Below, piece by piece: positions 1-9,576 of a stretch of 53,088 nucleotides of DNA. Source of the stretch: an archaeon. GTDB lineage: Archaea > B1Sed10-29 > WALL01 > JAGHAM01. The stretch spans positions 102,188 to 155,275 of the forward strand of contig JAIOSL010000007.1 of NCBI GenBank assembly GCA_021107635.1, written 5' to 3'. A program made the position numbers and the translations under genes. Every line of letters begins with the position of its first letter. Within the stretch, counting starts at the first letter, position 1. Under the pieces are notes generated by a model. The model worked only from the letters and a program-made list of their open reading frames with translations. It had not been told where the DNA came from and searched no databases.

Positions 1-669
1 GCATTCACCGCACTAGCCCTGATATGCTACCAAATAAACTTTTCCTCTCTACTAGGAACTGAAAACCAAAGCTTTACACTCTTCCAGTTCATCGGTCCTA
101 TCGGAGCAGGAATATTCTCGCCTGTATTCGGAGCAATCTCCGTCATAACAGTCGAACTAATCAACGCAGTTTCCAAAGGCTCAATAGACTTGTTTGGCAT
201 TGCAAGGATGTTCCCAATGGTCTTCGCAGCAATCTACTTCGGCACCAAAACAAAACACAAAGCCATCGCGCTTGTACCTCTCGCATCAATGCTATTATTC
301 TGGGCACATCCAATTGGCGCTCAAGCCTGGGCATACCCACTCTATTGGCTCATACCAATAGCCACTCTCTGGAAAAAAGACAACCTGCTGTTACGCAGTC
401 TCGGAACAACTTTCACAGCACACGCAGTTGGCTCTGTCGCATTCCTATATGCATTTAGCACTGTACCAGCACTCTGGTGGGGACTTATACCAATAGTCTT
501 CATAGAACGAATGCTTTTCGCACTAGGAATTAGCATATCTTTCGTTGCAGCAAACACTATAGTAAGCCATCTTGGACTACCCTTCATGAACGTAGACAAA
601 CGCTACGTACTCCCAGAAAGATTCAAGAATCTAACTGCCGCTCCGAGCCCCGAGCTTCGCTCACAGTAA
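1..669 (+). CDS. Polytopic membrane protein, possibly ECF S-component-like; 5'-truncated by window edge
   Basis: Frame is open from base 1 (AFTALALICYQINFSSLLGTENQSFTLFQFIGPIGAG...) into the 190..669 ORF; about 6 hydrophobic segments. Confidence 0.6.
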   Translation, partial: AFTALALICYQINFSSLLGTENQSFTLFQFIGPIGAGIFSPVFGAISVITVELINAVSKGSIDLFGIARMFPMVFAAIYFGTKTKHKAIALVPLASMLLFWAHPIGAQAWAYPLYWLIPIATLWKKDNLLLRSLGTTFTAHAVGSVAFLYAFSTVPALWWGLIPIVFIERMLFALGISISFVAANTIVSHLGLPFMNVDKRYVLPERFKNLTAAPSPELRSQ

Positions 670-1786
670 AAGTAGAACCAGTAACAAGAACCAAATCCTT
701 TTCAGACGCGAGTTTCTTGGCATAGTCAAGGGCCTCGCGCACTCTTCTTATAACACTAATCCTTGTAGCCATAACACTCTTAACCTGTCCAACCAATTCT
801 CCACAGTCCATTGGATTAGGCGCAATCTCATATTCTGTTACAAACAATTCCTCTACTTTTGGCAAAAACTTCAACATCTCATGCGCATCCTTGTCGTTCT
901 TCACACCTAACACCACAAAAAGCCGCTCATATTCCATGCTATCTAAAACCTCTCTCAACGCACACATGCCCGCTGGATTATGAGCAACATCCATCAACAC
1001 ATTTCCCTGCAATTCAGCCCTGCCAGAAATAATCGCATCCAAACCCTTCAAAGGTTCTTTCACGCCAAGCTCTTTTGCTGCTTCCACTGCACAAGCAGCA
1101 TTCCATTGCTGGAAAACACCCAGCATTGCCAGCTTATACATACCTTTCTCAACTTCCCTCAATCTTGCACCACGCTCTTTTGCCTCGCGCCTAATCACAG
1201 AAAGTGCCTCTGGCTTTTTCTCAGCAGTTATCACAGTCATACCAGGCTTTATCACTCCAGCTTTTTCAAAAGCAATCTTTTCCAACGAATCACCAAGCAC
1301 ATGCATATGATCAAAATCCACGTTTGTTATCACAGCTACCTCAGGAATAACCACAGAAGTCGCATCTAAACGCCCTCCAAGACCAACTTCTAGCACACAA
1401 TAATCTGTTTTTCCAACAAAATATTTCAGTGCAACAGCAGTCATAACCTCAAAAAAAGTACAATCATGACCTAAAGCCTTAACTTCACTCACAAGACGCG
1501 CAAGCTCTTCACATGGAATGTCTTTACCATTGATTTGTATGCGTTCAGTTAACCTATCCAAATGAGGAGAAACATACTTACCAACACGAAAACCATTTGT
1601 TTGAAGAATAGAAGAGAGCAAAGTAGTAACAGAGCCTTTGCCATTTGTTCCTGCTACCTGCACACAATGCAACTCTTGTTCTGGATTATCCCATTTATCA
1701 AGCAATGCTTGTATATTCTTTTGGCCGTGATGTATGCCTAAGCGTGGTAGCGCGAATAGGTAATCCTCTGTTTGTTGATAGTCCAT
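623..1786 (-). CDS. folC: Folylpolyglutamate synthase / dihydrofolate synthase
   Basis: VAGTNGKGS P-loop, SPHL..ERI, EVGLGGRLDAT, DHMHVLG, DVAHNP, VTGS motifs. Confidence 0.95.
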   Translation of the reverse strand: MDYQQTEDYLFALPRLGIHHGQKNIQALLDKWDNPEQELHCVQVAGTNGKGSVTTLLSSILQTNGFRVGKYVSPHLDRLTERIQINGKDIPCEELARLVSEVKALGHDCTFFEVMTAVALKYFVGKTDYCVLEVGLGGRLDATSVVIPEVAVITNVDFDHMHVLGDSLEKIAFEKAGVIKPGMTVITAEKKPEALSVIRREAKERGARLREVEKGMYKLAMLGVFQQWNAACAVEAAKELGVKEPLKGLDAIISGRAELQGNVLMDVAHNPAGMCALREVLDSMEYERLFVVLGVKNDKDAHEMLKFLPKVEELFVTEYEIAPNPMDCGELVGQVKSVMATRISVIRRVREALDYAKKLASEKDLVLVTGSTFTVSEARGSERQLDS

Positions 1787-1894
1787 GAGCTAATCTTGGA
1801 GTTACAGGAAATAAAAAGATGGTGCATACCTTTTCTGGATGGCTTTTTGAACTCTTAGATTCCCTCGACAGTAGATTTCAATGGAAACGAATCA

Positions 1895-2269
1895 TCAGGA
1901 TTTCCAAAGGCCGTGCAGGCTGCAATATTCCCTTGCTCTTAATTGCTCTGCTTTAACATAGAATAGCGCTTCTGGTTTGTCTGTTGGTTTCAAGAAGTTT
2001 CGATAAGAAACTCCGTCAGCCACTAACTCAATCCACTCGATGAAATGCTCTTCTTCCATTGGGTGTGGGATAGAACCAACTTTCACTAGGATGCCTTCTG
2101 CGGTTTTTTCAATTACTGGCACGTGCTTTTCCGAGCCAGCGTCCTGTGTTTTTTCTTCTAGGAATTGCATTGGTTGTCCACAACATACCAGTTGTCCGGC
2201 TCCGCCATGAATGACTTCCACTATGTTCCCACAAATACTGCATTTATAGACGTGTTTTTGTTCGGTCAT
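1895..2269 (-). CDS. dfx: Desulfoferrodoxin (2Fe superoxide reductase)
   Basis: [12 protein letters not shown]...LVCCGQPM desulforedoxin centre; [25 protein letters not shown]. Confidence 0.95.
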   Translation of the reverse strand: MTEQKHVYKCSICGNIVEVIHGGAGQLVCCGQPMQFLEEKTQDAGSEKHVPVIEKTAEGILVKVGSIPHPMEEEHFIEWIELVADGVSYRNFLKPTDKPEALFYVKAEQLRAREYCSLHGLWKS

Positions 2270-2679
2270 TTTTCTTTCTCCTTGTTCAAAAGCCGTTTTT
2301 CTCCTGTTAGTTTTTGGATGTCGTCAATGTCCTGGCTTGCTTCCAAACAACCAATGTATTTGCCTTCTTTATCTCTCAGAGCAAAGTATTGTATCAGGAC
2401 TTTATGTTTGTTCTCGCCGAAAGGCAAGTCAATCCAAAAACGAGCTTTGTCTCGCTCTCCTTTTTTCATTTCTTCTAAAATTTGTTCAACCTTGCTCAGA
2501 CTTTTTTCCGGATGGCAGTCACGGATGTTTCTGCCAACGACTCCCACTGGTCTTTTGAATATTCTTGTTTCGTGTTTGTTCCAGCCTAAGACCTCATCGT
2601 TTTCATCGACAACTGAAAACTCAATTGGGATGGTTTCCAACAAGGCATCTAACACATCACTGGGAATGTTTCCAATCAT
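2266..2679 (-). CDS. Stand-alone PAS domain protein (PAS_10/DUF438-associated type)
   Basis: RIFKR...[38 protein letters not shown]; 4-bp ATGA overlap with dfx. Confidence 0.85.
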   Translation of the reverse strand: MIGNIPSDVLDALLETIPIEFSVVDENDEVLGWNKHETRIFKRPVGVVGRNIRDCHPEKSLSKVEQILEEMKKGERDKARFWIDLPFGENKHKVLIQYFALRDKEGKYIGCLEASQDIDDIQKLTGEKRLLNKEKEK

Positions 2680-2739
2680 TTTAACACCTTGAATAAGCTT
2701 TTATAATCTCTTGTTTTTAATCTTTCTAGAAAGTTACTG

Positions 2740-3270
2740 GTGACGAGTATGTTAAAACTATTTATTTGTAGGATTTGCGGCGAACCACATCTCGCTGAAG
2801 AACAGCCAACCGACTGCCAATTCTGTGGAGCTCCTAAAAATTTCTTGGGCATGGCAGAAGATTACTCTGTGTTATGGGGAGTTGAACTCACTGAACAAGA
2901 AAAAACAGACATGAAAGCAACTCTCGATCTTGAAGTCAACGCAACTGCGTACTACACTGACATCTCAAAAAGCAACGAGAAGTACTCCAAATATAACAGG
3001 ATGTTCAAGCAACTGGCGCGAATAGAAAAAGAGCATGCTGAAGTCGCTGCCAAGTTCCTGGATGTTCCTCTTCCAGAGTTCATTGGCGAAAAAAGCAAGG
3101 GAAGTATCAAAGCAGATCTTGAGAAGACGAAAGAGCTGGAGACTCATGCCACTGTCCTATACAAGCAGTTTCTCGCAAATGCGACAAGCGGGAAGGTCAA
3201 GATTTTTTACACTGCACTGGTTCACGCGGAAAACGGGCACAGAGAAATCGCAGAAGCAGAATTGGAGTAA
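2740..3270 (+). CDS. Rubredoxin-like + ferritin-like di-iron protein (reverse-rubrerythrin-like)
   Basis: N-terminal CRICG...CQFCG; di-iron ligands LEVNA, EKEH, LETHA, ENGH. Confidence 0.8.
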   Translation: MTSMLKLFICRICGEPHLAEEQPTDCQFCGAPKNFLGMAEDYSVLWGVELTEQEKTDMKATLDLEVNATAYYTDISKSNEKYSKYNRMFKQLARIEKEHAEVAAKFLDVPLPEFIGEKSKGSIKADLEKTKELETHATVLYKQFLANATSGKVKIFYTALVHAENGHREIAEAELE

Positions 3271-3399
3271 CTGCCTTTGTTAGAACAATTTATTGAATTT
3301 TTCCCAATCGGGTTTTTGGGTCATTGTCGCGTTGAGGACATCTTCTTTTATCCAAGGATGCCTACTCTTATATTTGATAGTTGAAACGATTTTCAAACA

Positions 3400-4218
3400 T
3401 CAACTAAAGTGAGTGACTATCTTATCTATAATCTTCTCCAAAGCATCAACAGTTCCAGTTTCTTGTTTAAAATGAACAAACGGTTTTCCCGAATCGCCTG
3501 CCCGTACTATTCCAGGTTCTAATGGAATGCTACCTAAAAAGGGGATGTTCAAGTCCTTTGAGATTTCTTCCCCTCCATTTCCCTTGAACAAATCGACTTT
3601 CTTGTGACAGTGAGGACAAGTAAACCCACTCATATTTTCAATTATTCCTACAATTGGTACATTCAATTCCCTAGCAAAAGTAACACTTTTGCGAGCGTCA
3701 AGAACTGCTACTTCCTGTGGAGTAGTAACTATCAAAGCACCATCCAAATCTGGTATTACCTGACACGCGCTTAGTAGTTCATCACCAGTACCCGGAGGCG
3801 AGTCTAATATCAGATAGTCTAGTTTTCCCCAGTTAACCTCTCCTAATAACTGTTTTACAGCAATCGCTTTGAGTGGACCACGCCAAATAATTGGTTGGTC
3901 TGGATCTTGTGCCATTAAAGCTAAGCTCATCGCTTTCAGGTTTGGTGAAATTATCACTGGTTCTATTCCTTGGCCAAAGTCGTGTAATCCATCTGCTTTA
4001 ATTCCCAACATTTTAGCAAGGTTAGGACCATGGAAGTCTATGTCCAGTGCTCCAACATGATATCCTTTATCAGCAAGCCCGTAAGCCAAGTTAACTGCTA
4101 CCGTGGTTTTGCCTACTCCTCCTTTTCCACTGATGACGATTATCTTGTGTTTTACCTGAGATAGATTTGTCTTCAACTGTTCTTCTCTTTCCACTGACTC
4201 TTCCTTACTTTTTTCCAT
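3400..4218 (-). CDS. mrp: Mrp/NBP35 (ApbC) Fe-S cluster carrier ATPase
   Basis: SGKGGVGKTT, IIWRGP, DSPPGTGD, ENMSGFTCPHC. Confidence 0.93.
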   Translation of the reverse strand: MEKSKEESVEREEQLKTNLSQVKHKIIVISGKGGVGKTTVAVNLAYGLADKGYHVGALDIDFHGPNLAKMLGIKADGLHDFGQGIEPVIISPNLKAMSLALMAQDPDQPIIWRGPLKAIAVKQLLGEVNWGKLDYLILDSPPGTGDELLSACQVIPDLDGALIVTTPQEVAVLDARKSVTFARELNVPIVGIIENMSGFTCPHCHKKVDLFKGNGGEEISKDLNIPFLGSIPLEPGIVRAGDSGKPFVHFKQETGTVDALEKIIDKIVTHFS

Positions 4219-4490
4219 ACTCGTTTCCTCACCTTACAATTACTTGTGACGTGCTGGTCTTAAAAACTTACTTCAAGAACCGACAATCATAAAAACAAAC
4301 TCTGTAATGCCATCCTCTAAAAGACATGCTTACAGCTAACGTGAGTAAAAGTATATCCTGGTAACTTGACACAATTCTAAGGCATTGCTAACTCTGAATT
4401 GAATTTTCAAGGAAGTTAAAATCTGTAATTTTTTCGCATGGAACCCTTAAATAAAATCACTGATAAAAAGAAAAGAACGGGGGAAATAAA

Positions 4491-5366
4491 ATGAAAGACT
4501 TAATCGACCTTAATGATTACTCTAGAAACCAAATAGAAACCATTTTTGACCGAACAGAAGAACTCAAAGCCAATCCATACCAAAACCGTTTATCCAACAA
4601 AACACTAGCCATGATATTCGCTAAACCCTCCACTCGCACACGCGTTTCATTCGAAACCGGAATGACTCAACTAGGCGGGCATGCACAATACTTAGGACCA
4701 AATGATCTCCAGCTCAACAGAGGAGAAACAATAGCAGACACAGCACACGTACTCTCGCGCTTTGTAAACATTATAATGGCCCGGCTCTTCAAACACCAAG
4801 ACGCACTCGACCTAGCAAGGCATGCTAAAATACCCGTAATTAACGGTCTCACAGATTTTTTGCATCCCTGCCAAGCACTAGCTGACTTGTACACGCTGAA
4901 AGAACACAAAGGACTAGACATAGAAATTGCATGGGTAGGCGGACGCGGAAACGTCCTGAATTCACTAATGCAAATCACAAACAAATTTGATATTCCAATA
5001 AGGTTTGCAGGACCAAAAGAACGAGAACCAGAAGAAGATATGCTCTCACGAGTCAAAAACACTACAATAGTTGGTTCAGCCGAAGAAGCCGTGAAAGGCG
5101 CAGACGCAGTGTTCACAGACACTTGGATTTCAATGGGCGAAGAAAAAGACGCAGCACAGTTGTTCAAAACATTAAAACCATACCAAGTCAATGCTGAACT
5201 CATGAGCAAGGCTCCAGACGCAATATTCATGCATTGTTTGCCAGCCCATAGAGGACAAGAAGTGACAAACGAAGTCATTGACAGTGCACAGAGTGTGGTC
5301 TTCGATGAAGCAGAAAACAGATTACATACTCAAAAAGCAGTAATTTGTACGCTGCTCAATGTCTAG
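4491..5366 (+). CDS. argF: Ornithine carbamoyltransferase
   Basis: STRTRVSF, HPCQALAD, DTWISMG, FMHCLPAHRG, EAENRLH. Confidence 0.95.
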   Translation: MKDLIDLNDYSRNQIETIFDRTEELKANPYQNRLSNKTLAMIFAKPSTRTRVSFETGMTQLGGHAQYLGPNDLQLNRGETIADTAHVLSRFVNIIMARLFKHQDALDLARHAKIPVINGLTDFLHPCQALADLYTLKEHKGLDIEIAWVGGRGNVLNSLMQITNKFDIPIRFAGPKEREPEEDMLSRVKNTTIVGSAEEAVKGADAVFTDTWISMGEEKDAAQLFKTLKPYQVNAELMSKAPDAIFMHCLPAHRGQEVTNEVIDSAQSVVFDEAENRLHTQKAVICTLLNV

Positions 5367-5415
5367 AAAGAATTAAATAAAACGCAAACCAAAATTATGA
5401 AAGAGGTGTACTCCC

Positions 5416-6162
5416 ATGTTTGAAGTAACATTCACAGACGCTACTGTTTTTAAAAAATGCATAGACGCAATAAGCACACTAATTGATGAAGGAGAGTTCG
5501 TAGCCAATGATCAAGGACTCTCACTAAGAGCAATGGACCCATCACAAATAGCAATGGTAGACTTTCAACTACCAAAAACTGCATTCGAAAGTTACAGTTC
5601 AAATACCACAAAACTAGGGGTAAACATGGAAGACTTTGCCACAGTCATGTCAAGAGTCCGAGCAGGCGAAAGAATGGAAATGAAACTTGACGAAAGCAAA
5701 TCCAGATTAATCCTAACATTCAGAGGACACTCAAGAAGACGATTTGTTGTGCCATTACTAGACCTGGAATCAAACACCCCAAAAGAACCTCAAATTGAAT
5801 TCGAAAGCATAGCCAAACTAAACGGCACATTCCTAAAAGAATCACTAAAAGACACACAACTAGTCAGCTCACATGTTATCCTAAACGCTCAGCCAGACGC
5901 ATTCATAGTACAAGCACAAGGAGACAAAGGCGGGGTCAACATTAAAACAGAAAAAGGAAGCAAACAAATCATCGAATACACTGTCAACAAAGAAGCCAGA
6001 GCGATGTTCCCGCTCGACTACCTCAACGACCTACTAAAAAACGTAGACTCTACCACAAACGTACTACTTTCTCTATGCATGAACGCACCACTCCAACTCA
6101 AATACGACATAGGAGACGCACACATAACCTACTATCTTGCTCCGCGCATAGAAGAAGAATAA
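5416..6162 (+). CDS. pcn: DNA polymerase sliding clamp PCNA
   Basis: LRAMDPSQIAMVD, C-terminal YYLAPRIEE, 248 aa; SD GAGGTG upstream. Confidence 0.95.
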   Translation: MFEVTFTDATVFKKCIDAISTLIDEGEFVANDQGLSLRAMDPSQIAMVDFQLPKTAFESYSSNTTKLGVNMEDFATVMSRVRAGERMEMKLDESKSRLILTFRGHSRRRFVVPLLDLESNTPKEPQIEFESIAKLNGTFLKESLKDTQLVSSHVILNAQPDAFIVQAQGDKGGVNIKTEKGSKQIIEYTVNKEARAMFPLDYLNDLLKNVDSTTNVLLSLCMNAPLQLKYDIGDAHITYYLAPRIEEE

Positions 6163-6175
6163 AGGGGAGATTTTT

Positions 6176-7132
6176 ATGAAAAAAATACTTGTCATTGGGG
6201 CTGTAGGACAAATCGGCTCCGAGTTAGTGCCACTTCTACGAACAAAATACGGCAACGAAAATGTTGTCGCAGCAGGACACAGCAAAAAACCTACAGACGA
6301 CCTAGCAAATGCAGGGCCATTCGAATTCGTAAACGTGCTAGATAAAGAATCAGTCGAAACCGTTGTAAAAGACCACGGCATAGACACCATCTACAATTTA
6401 GCAGCCATTCTATCTGCAACAGGCGAACAGAAGCCACAATTAGCATACAACGTCAACAACAACGGATACTTCAACATCCTAGAAATTGGACGAGAACAAG
6501 AACTAGAGCGTATAATGACACCCAGTTCAATAGCTGCATTCGGGCCGGAAACACCAAGAGACAACACTCCCAACGAAACAATCCTCAAACCTACAACCAT
6601 GTATGGTATCACTAAAGTCACAGGAGAACTTTTAGGCAACTACTACTTCCAGAAATACGGTTTAGACGTGAGAGGCCTACGCTATCCAGGCATCATAAGC
6701 AGCGAAACACCACCAGGAGGCGGAACCACAGACTATTCAATAGAAATGTACTATGCTGCAGTAAAAGGTGAGCACTACACATCTTTCCTTGGAGAAGGCT
6801 CTGCTCTTCCAATGATGTACATGCCAGACGCGCTTAAGGCTATTGTTGACCTAGCAGAAGCAGACATTAGCAAGCTAACTCACCACAGCGATTTCAACGT
6901 CAACGCAATGAGCTTCGCGCCAGAAGAGCTTGCCACATCAATCCAAAAAGAGTGTCCAGAATTCACTGTGGACTACAAACCAGATTTCCGCCAAGCAATA
7001 GCAGACTCATGGCCAAAAAGCCTTGATGATAGTGCTGCACGCCAAGAATGGAATTGGAAACCAGGATATGACCTAAAAGCAATGACAAAAGACATGATTG
7101 AAAAACTTACGCCAAAACTAACGGGGGAATAA
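6176..7132 (+). CDS. tdh: L-threonine 3-dehydrogenase (SDR/GalE-like type)
   Basis: GAVGQIG, LAAILSATGE, YGITK, GGGTTDY, RQAIADSWP; adjacent to kbl. Confidence 0.9.
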   Translation: MKKILVIGAVGQIGSELVPLLRTKYGNENVVAAGHSKKPTDDLANAGPFEFVNVLDKESVETVVKDHGIDTIYNLAAILSATGEQKPQLAYNVNNNGYFNILEIGREQELERIMTPSSIAAFGPETPRDNTPNETILKPTTMYGITKVTGELLGNYYFQKYGLDVRGLRYPGIISSETPPGGGTTDYSIEMYYAAVKGEHYTSFLGEGSALPMMYMPDALKAIVDLAEADISKLTHHSDFNVNAMSFAPEELATSIQKECPEFTVDYKPDFRQAIADSWPKSLDDSAARQEWNWKPGYDLKAMTKDMIEKLTPKLTGE

Positions 7133-7135
7133 AAA

Positions 7136-8314
7136 ATGACAAACCATTTAGCATTCTTACAAAACAAAGTTCAAGAACTGAAAGACCAGAGCCTCTACGG
7201 TGCGCTTCCAGTCTTCAGCAGCGAACAAAAAAATAGAGTAGTAATGAACGGTCAAGAGATAGTTACTTTATCCACTAACAACTATCTAGGCTTTGCAAAT
7301 CACCCAAGACTACGCACAGCAGCAAAAGCAGCTATTGACGAATGGGGATGGGGAACCGGAGCCGTCCGACAAATCGCAGGCACAATGGACATCCACATGC
7401 AACTAGAACAAAAGCTAGCAGAATACAAAAAAACCAAAGAATCTCTGCTTTTCGTAGCAGGAATTGCTGCTAACCGAGGAACAATCCAATGCCTGATGGA
7501 AAAAGACGATGTTATCATCAGTGACCAGTTGAACCATGGCAGTATCATCGATGGAGTACGCCTGACCAAATCAGACAGAAAAATCTTTGCCCATAGAGAT
7601 ATGACTGAGTTCCGCAAAGCACTTCAAGAATCAAAAGACTACGCACATCGCTTAGTCGTAACAGATGGAGTCTTCAGCATGGATGGAGACACAGCAAAAT
7701 TAGATGAAATGGCCGAACTGTGCGAAGAATTTGATGCAATACTTATGGTAGATGATGCACATGGAGATGGAGTTATGGGTAAAGATGGACGGGGCACACC
7801 CAATCATTATGGTGTAGCAGACAAGATAGACATAGACATGGGAACCTTATCCAAAGCCTTTGGCTGTCTAGGAGGATACATAGCAGGAGTCCCAGAACTA
7901 AAAGACTGGTTAACAAACAGAGCACGCTCGTTCCTCTTCACCACCGCACATCCACCAGCGAATGTAGCTGCATGCATGGAAGCAATAGACATGGTTCAAG
8001 ACGAACCACAACACCTCAAAAACCTTTGGGACAACACAAAATACTTCAAAAAAGGACTGGAAGACCTAGGCTTCGACACAGGACACAGTGAAACCCCTAT
8101 CACACCCGTGATAGTCGGAGAAAGCAGCAATGCTAACAAACTCAGCGTCGAAATGCTCAAAGAAGGAGTCTTCGTAAAACCAATAATATACCCACTAGTC
8201 GCAAAAGACAAAGCGCGTGTCAGAACCATCGTAACAGCACAACACACAAAAGAAGATCTTAATTTCTGCCTAGGCAAATTTGAAGACGTCGGCAAAAGAA
8301 TGAACCTAATCTAA
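7136..8314 (+). CDS. kbl: Glycine C-acetyltransferase (2-amino-3-ketobutyrate CoA ligase)
   Basis: NNYLGFA, LNHGSIIDG, TDGVFSMDG, DDAHG, GTLSKAFG (PLP lysine); tdh context favours kbl over bioF. Confidence 0.88.
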   Translation: MTNHLAFLQNKVQELKDQSLYGALPVFSSEQKNRVVMNGQEIVTLSTNNYLGFANHPRLRTAAKAAIDEWGWGTGAVRQIAGTMDIHMQLEQKLAEYKKTKESLLFVAGIAANRGTIQCLMEKDDVIISDQLNHGSIIDGVRLTKSDRKIFAHRDMTEFRKALQESKDYAHRLVVTDGVFSMDGDTAKLDEMAELCEEFDAILMVDDAHGDGVMGKDGRGTPNHYGVADKIDIDMGTLSKAFGCLGGYIAGVPELKDWLTNRARSFLFTTAHPPANVAACMEAIDMVQDEPQHLKNLWDNTKYFKKGLEDLGFDTGHSETPITPVIVGESSNANKLSVEMLKEGVFVKPIIYPLVAKDKARVRTIVTAQHTKEDLNFCLGKFEDVGKRMNLI

Positions 8315-8321
8315 GCATCAC

Positions 8322-8338
8322 AGGCCCCTTTTGGGCCT
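8322..8338 (+). terminator. Hairpin after kbl
   Basis: AGGCCC-CTTTT-GGGCCT inverted repeat just after the stop codon. Confidence 0.55.
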
Positions 8339-8445
8339 ATTATCTAAAGCATTCTAGTGCAACCCAAAACCCAGAAAAAAGTATTTTTCAGTATTTTCTT
8401 TGGAAAACCGAAAATGTTATTAATAAGTCTTTGTTTATTATAGTT

Positions 8446-8967
8446 GTGCCTCCCATTAACGAGGTGTGGTTCGCACGGGAACCCAGCACACAACCCGGCA
8501 AGCCGATAAAACTCGATAAAAAGGACAAAGAAGTAATACGCATCCTATGCAAAGACGCGAGGACACCACTTACAAAGATTGCTAAAAAGGTCGCATTGAC
8601 TCCAGATGGAGTCAAATATAAAATCAATCGCCTCATCACTCAAGGTGTTTTGCAGGGATTCACAGCGATAGTAAATCCTGAGAAAATCGGCTTGCCTTTA
8701 ACATCACTTGTTTTGATTTCGTTTTGGGATTTCCCCCCCGAAATCCAAAATACTCTTAGAGAGTACATACGAAAAAACGAGCAAGTCATGTGGGGGGCAC
8801 AATCATTGGGTGAGTGGGATTTCTCGCTTGAAATAATCGCGAAAACTCCTGCTCAATTAGAATCAATCATAAGCGCGCTAAGAAAAAAGTTTAAGATAAA
8901 GAAAATTAGAGTGCATACTTTAGTAAAAGAATACAAATGGACTTCTTGGCCCGGAGAATCATATTAA
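8446..8967 (+). CDS. Lrp/AsnC family transcriptional regulator
   Basis: LDKKDKEVIRILCKDARTPLTKIAKKV HTH plus RAM-like C-terminus; GTG start chosen because it follows CCGAAAATGTTATTAATA (BRE/TATA-like). The ORF track starts at 8431. Confidence 0.88.
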   Translation: MPPINEVWFAREPSTQPGKPIKLDKKDKEVIRILCKDARTPLTKIAKKVALTPDGVKYKINRLITQGVLQGFTAIVNPEKIGLPLTSLVLISFWDFPPEIQNTLREYIRKNEQVMWGAQSLGEWDFSLEIIAKTPAQLESIISALRKKFKIKKIRVHTLVKEYKWTSWPGESY

Positions 8968-8998
8968 GCATTTAAACAAGAAACGCACTTAACTCATT

Positions 8999-9205
8999 AT
9001 GAACGGAAAGGAAGCTTTTGGGGTTGGCCTTCTGATTCTTGGACTTATCCTTTTAGTAGTATCTCCAATATACTTTGCTTTAGGCGAACCAGATGTTCCC
9101 TTAGTATTCAAAGTAGGGTTTCCTTTGTTTGGAATAGGATTTATAGTATTATTAGTTTCTGTTTTCTTGGACAGACTTAAAGAAAAAGAGGTTGAAAGAG
9201 CATGA
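8999..9205 (+). CDS. Small two-TM membrane protein
   Basis: Two hydrophobic helices; ATGA overlap with the YbjQ gene. Confidence 0.7.
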   Translation: MNGKEAFGVGLLILGLILLVVSPIYFALGEPDVPLVFKVGFPLFGIGFIVLLVSVFLDRLKEKEVERA

Positions 9206-9525
9206 GCATATTATTAGTTAACACTCCAACTATTGAAGGAAAACCAATAAGTGAAGTACTTGGTCTGGTACGTGGAAGCACCATAAGAGCAAGACATCTG
9301 GGTAAAGACATAATAGCAGGATTGCGCAACGTTGTAGGCGGAGAAATCAAAGAATACAGTGAAATGCTTGAAGAAGCTAGAGAACAAGCACTAGGACGAA
9401 TGAAAAAAGAAGCAGAAGATCTTGGTGCGGATGCAGTTGTAAATATCCGGCTCACAACCTCTCAAATAGCCGCAGGATCAGCTGAAATCGTTGCGTATGG
9501 GACAGCAGTTAAACTAAAGAAATAA
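9202..9525 (+). CDS. YbjQ / UPF0145 family protein
   Basis: GLRNVVGGEIKEYSEMLEEAR, LGADAVVNIR, AYGTAV. Confidence 0.92.
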   Translation: MSILLVNTPTIEGKPISEVLGLVRGSTIRARHLGKDIIAGLRNVVGGEIKEYSEMLEEAREQALGRMKKEAEDLGADAVVNIRLTTSQIAAGSAEIVAYGTAVKLKK

Positions 9526-9576
9526 ATATGCTTTTTCATATAATTAGGCTACTCATTTTATTGAGCGTGATTTAAC

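Noticed and set aside
4219-4490. Long spacer as a tRNA, ncRNA or replication origin
   Set aside because: No cloverleaf, ORB-like repeats or convincing stems seen; consistent with divergent promoters.
7136-8314. BioF assignment
   Set aside because: Coupled to threonine dehydrogenase, and no bio genes are present.
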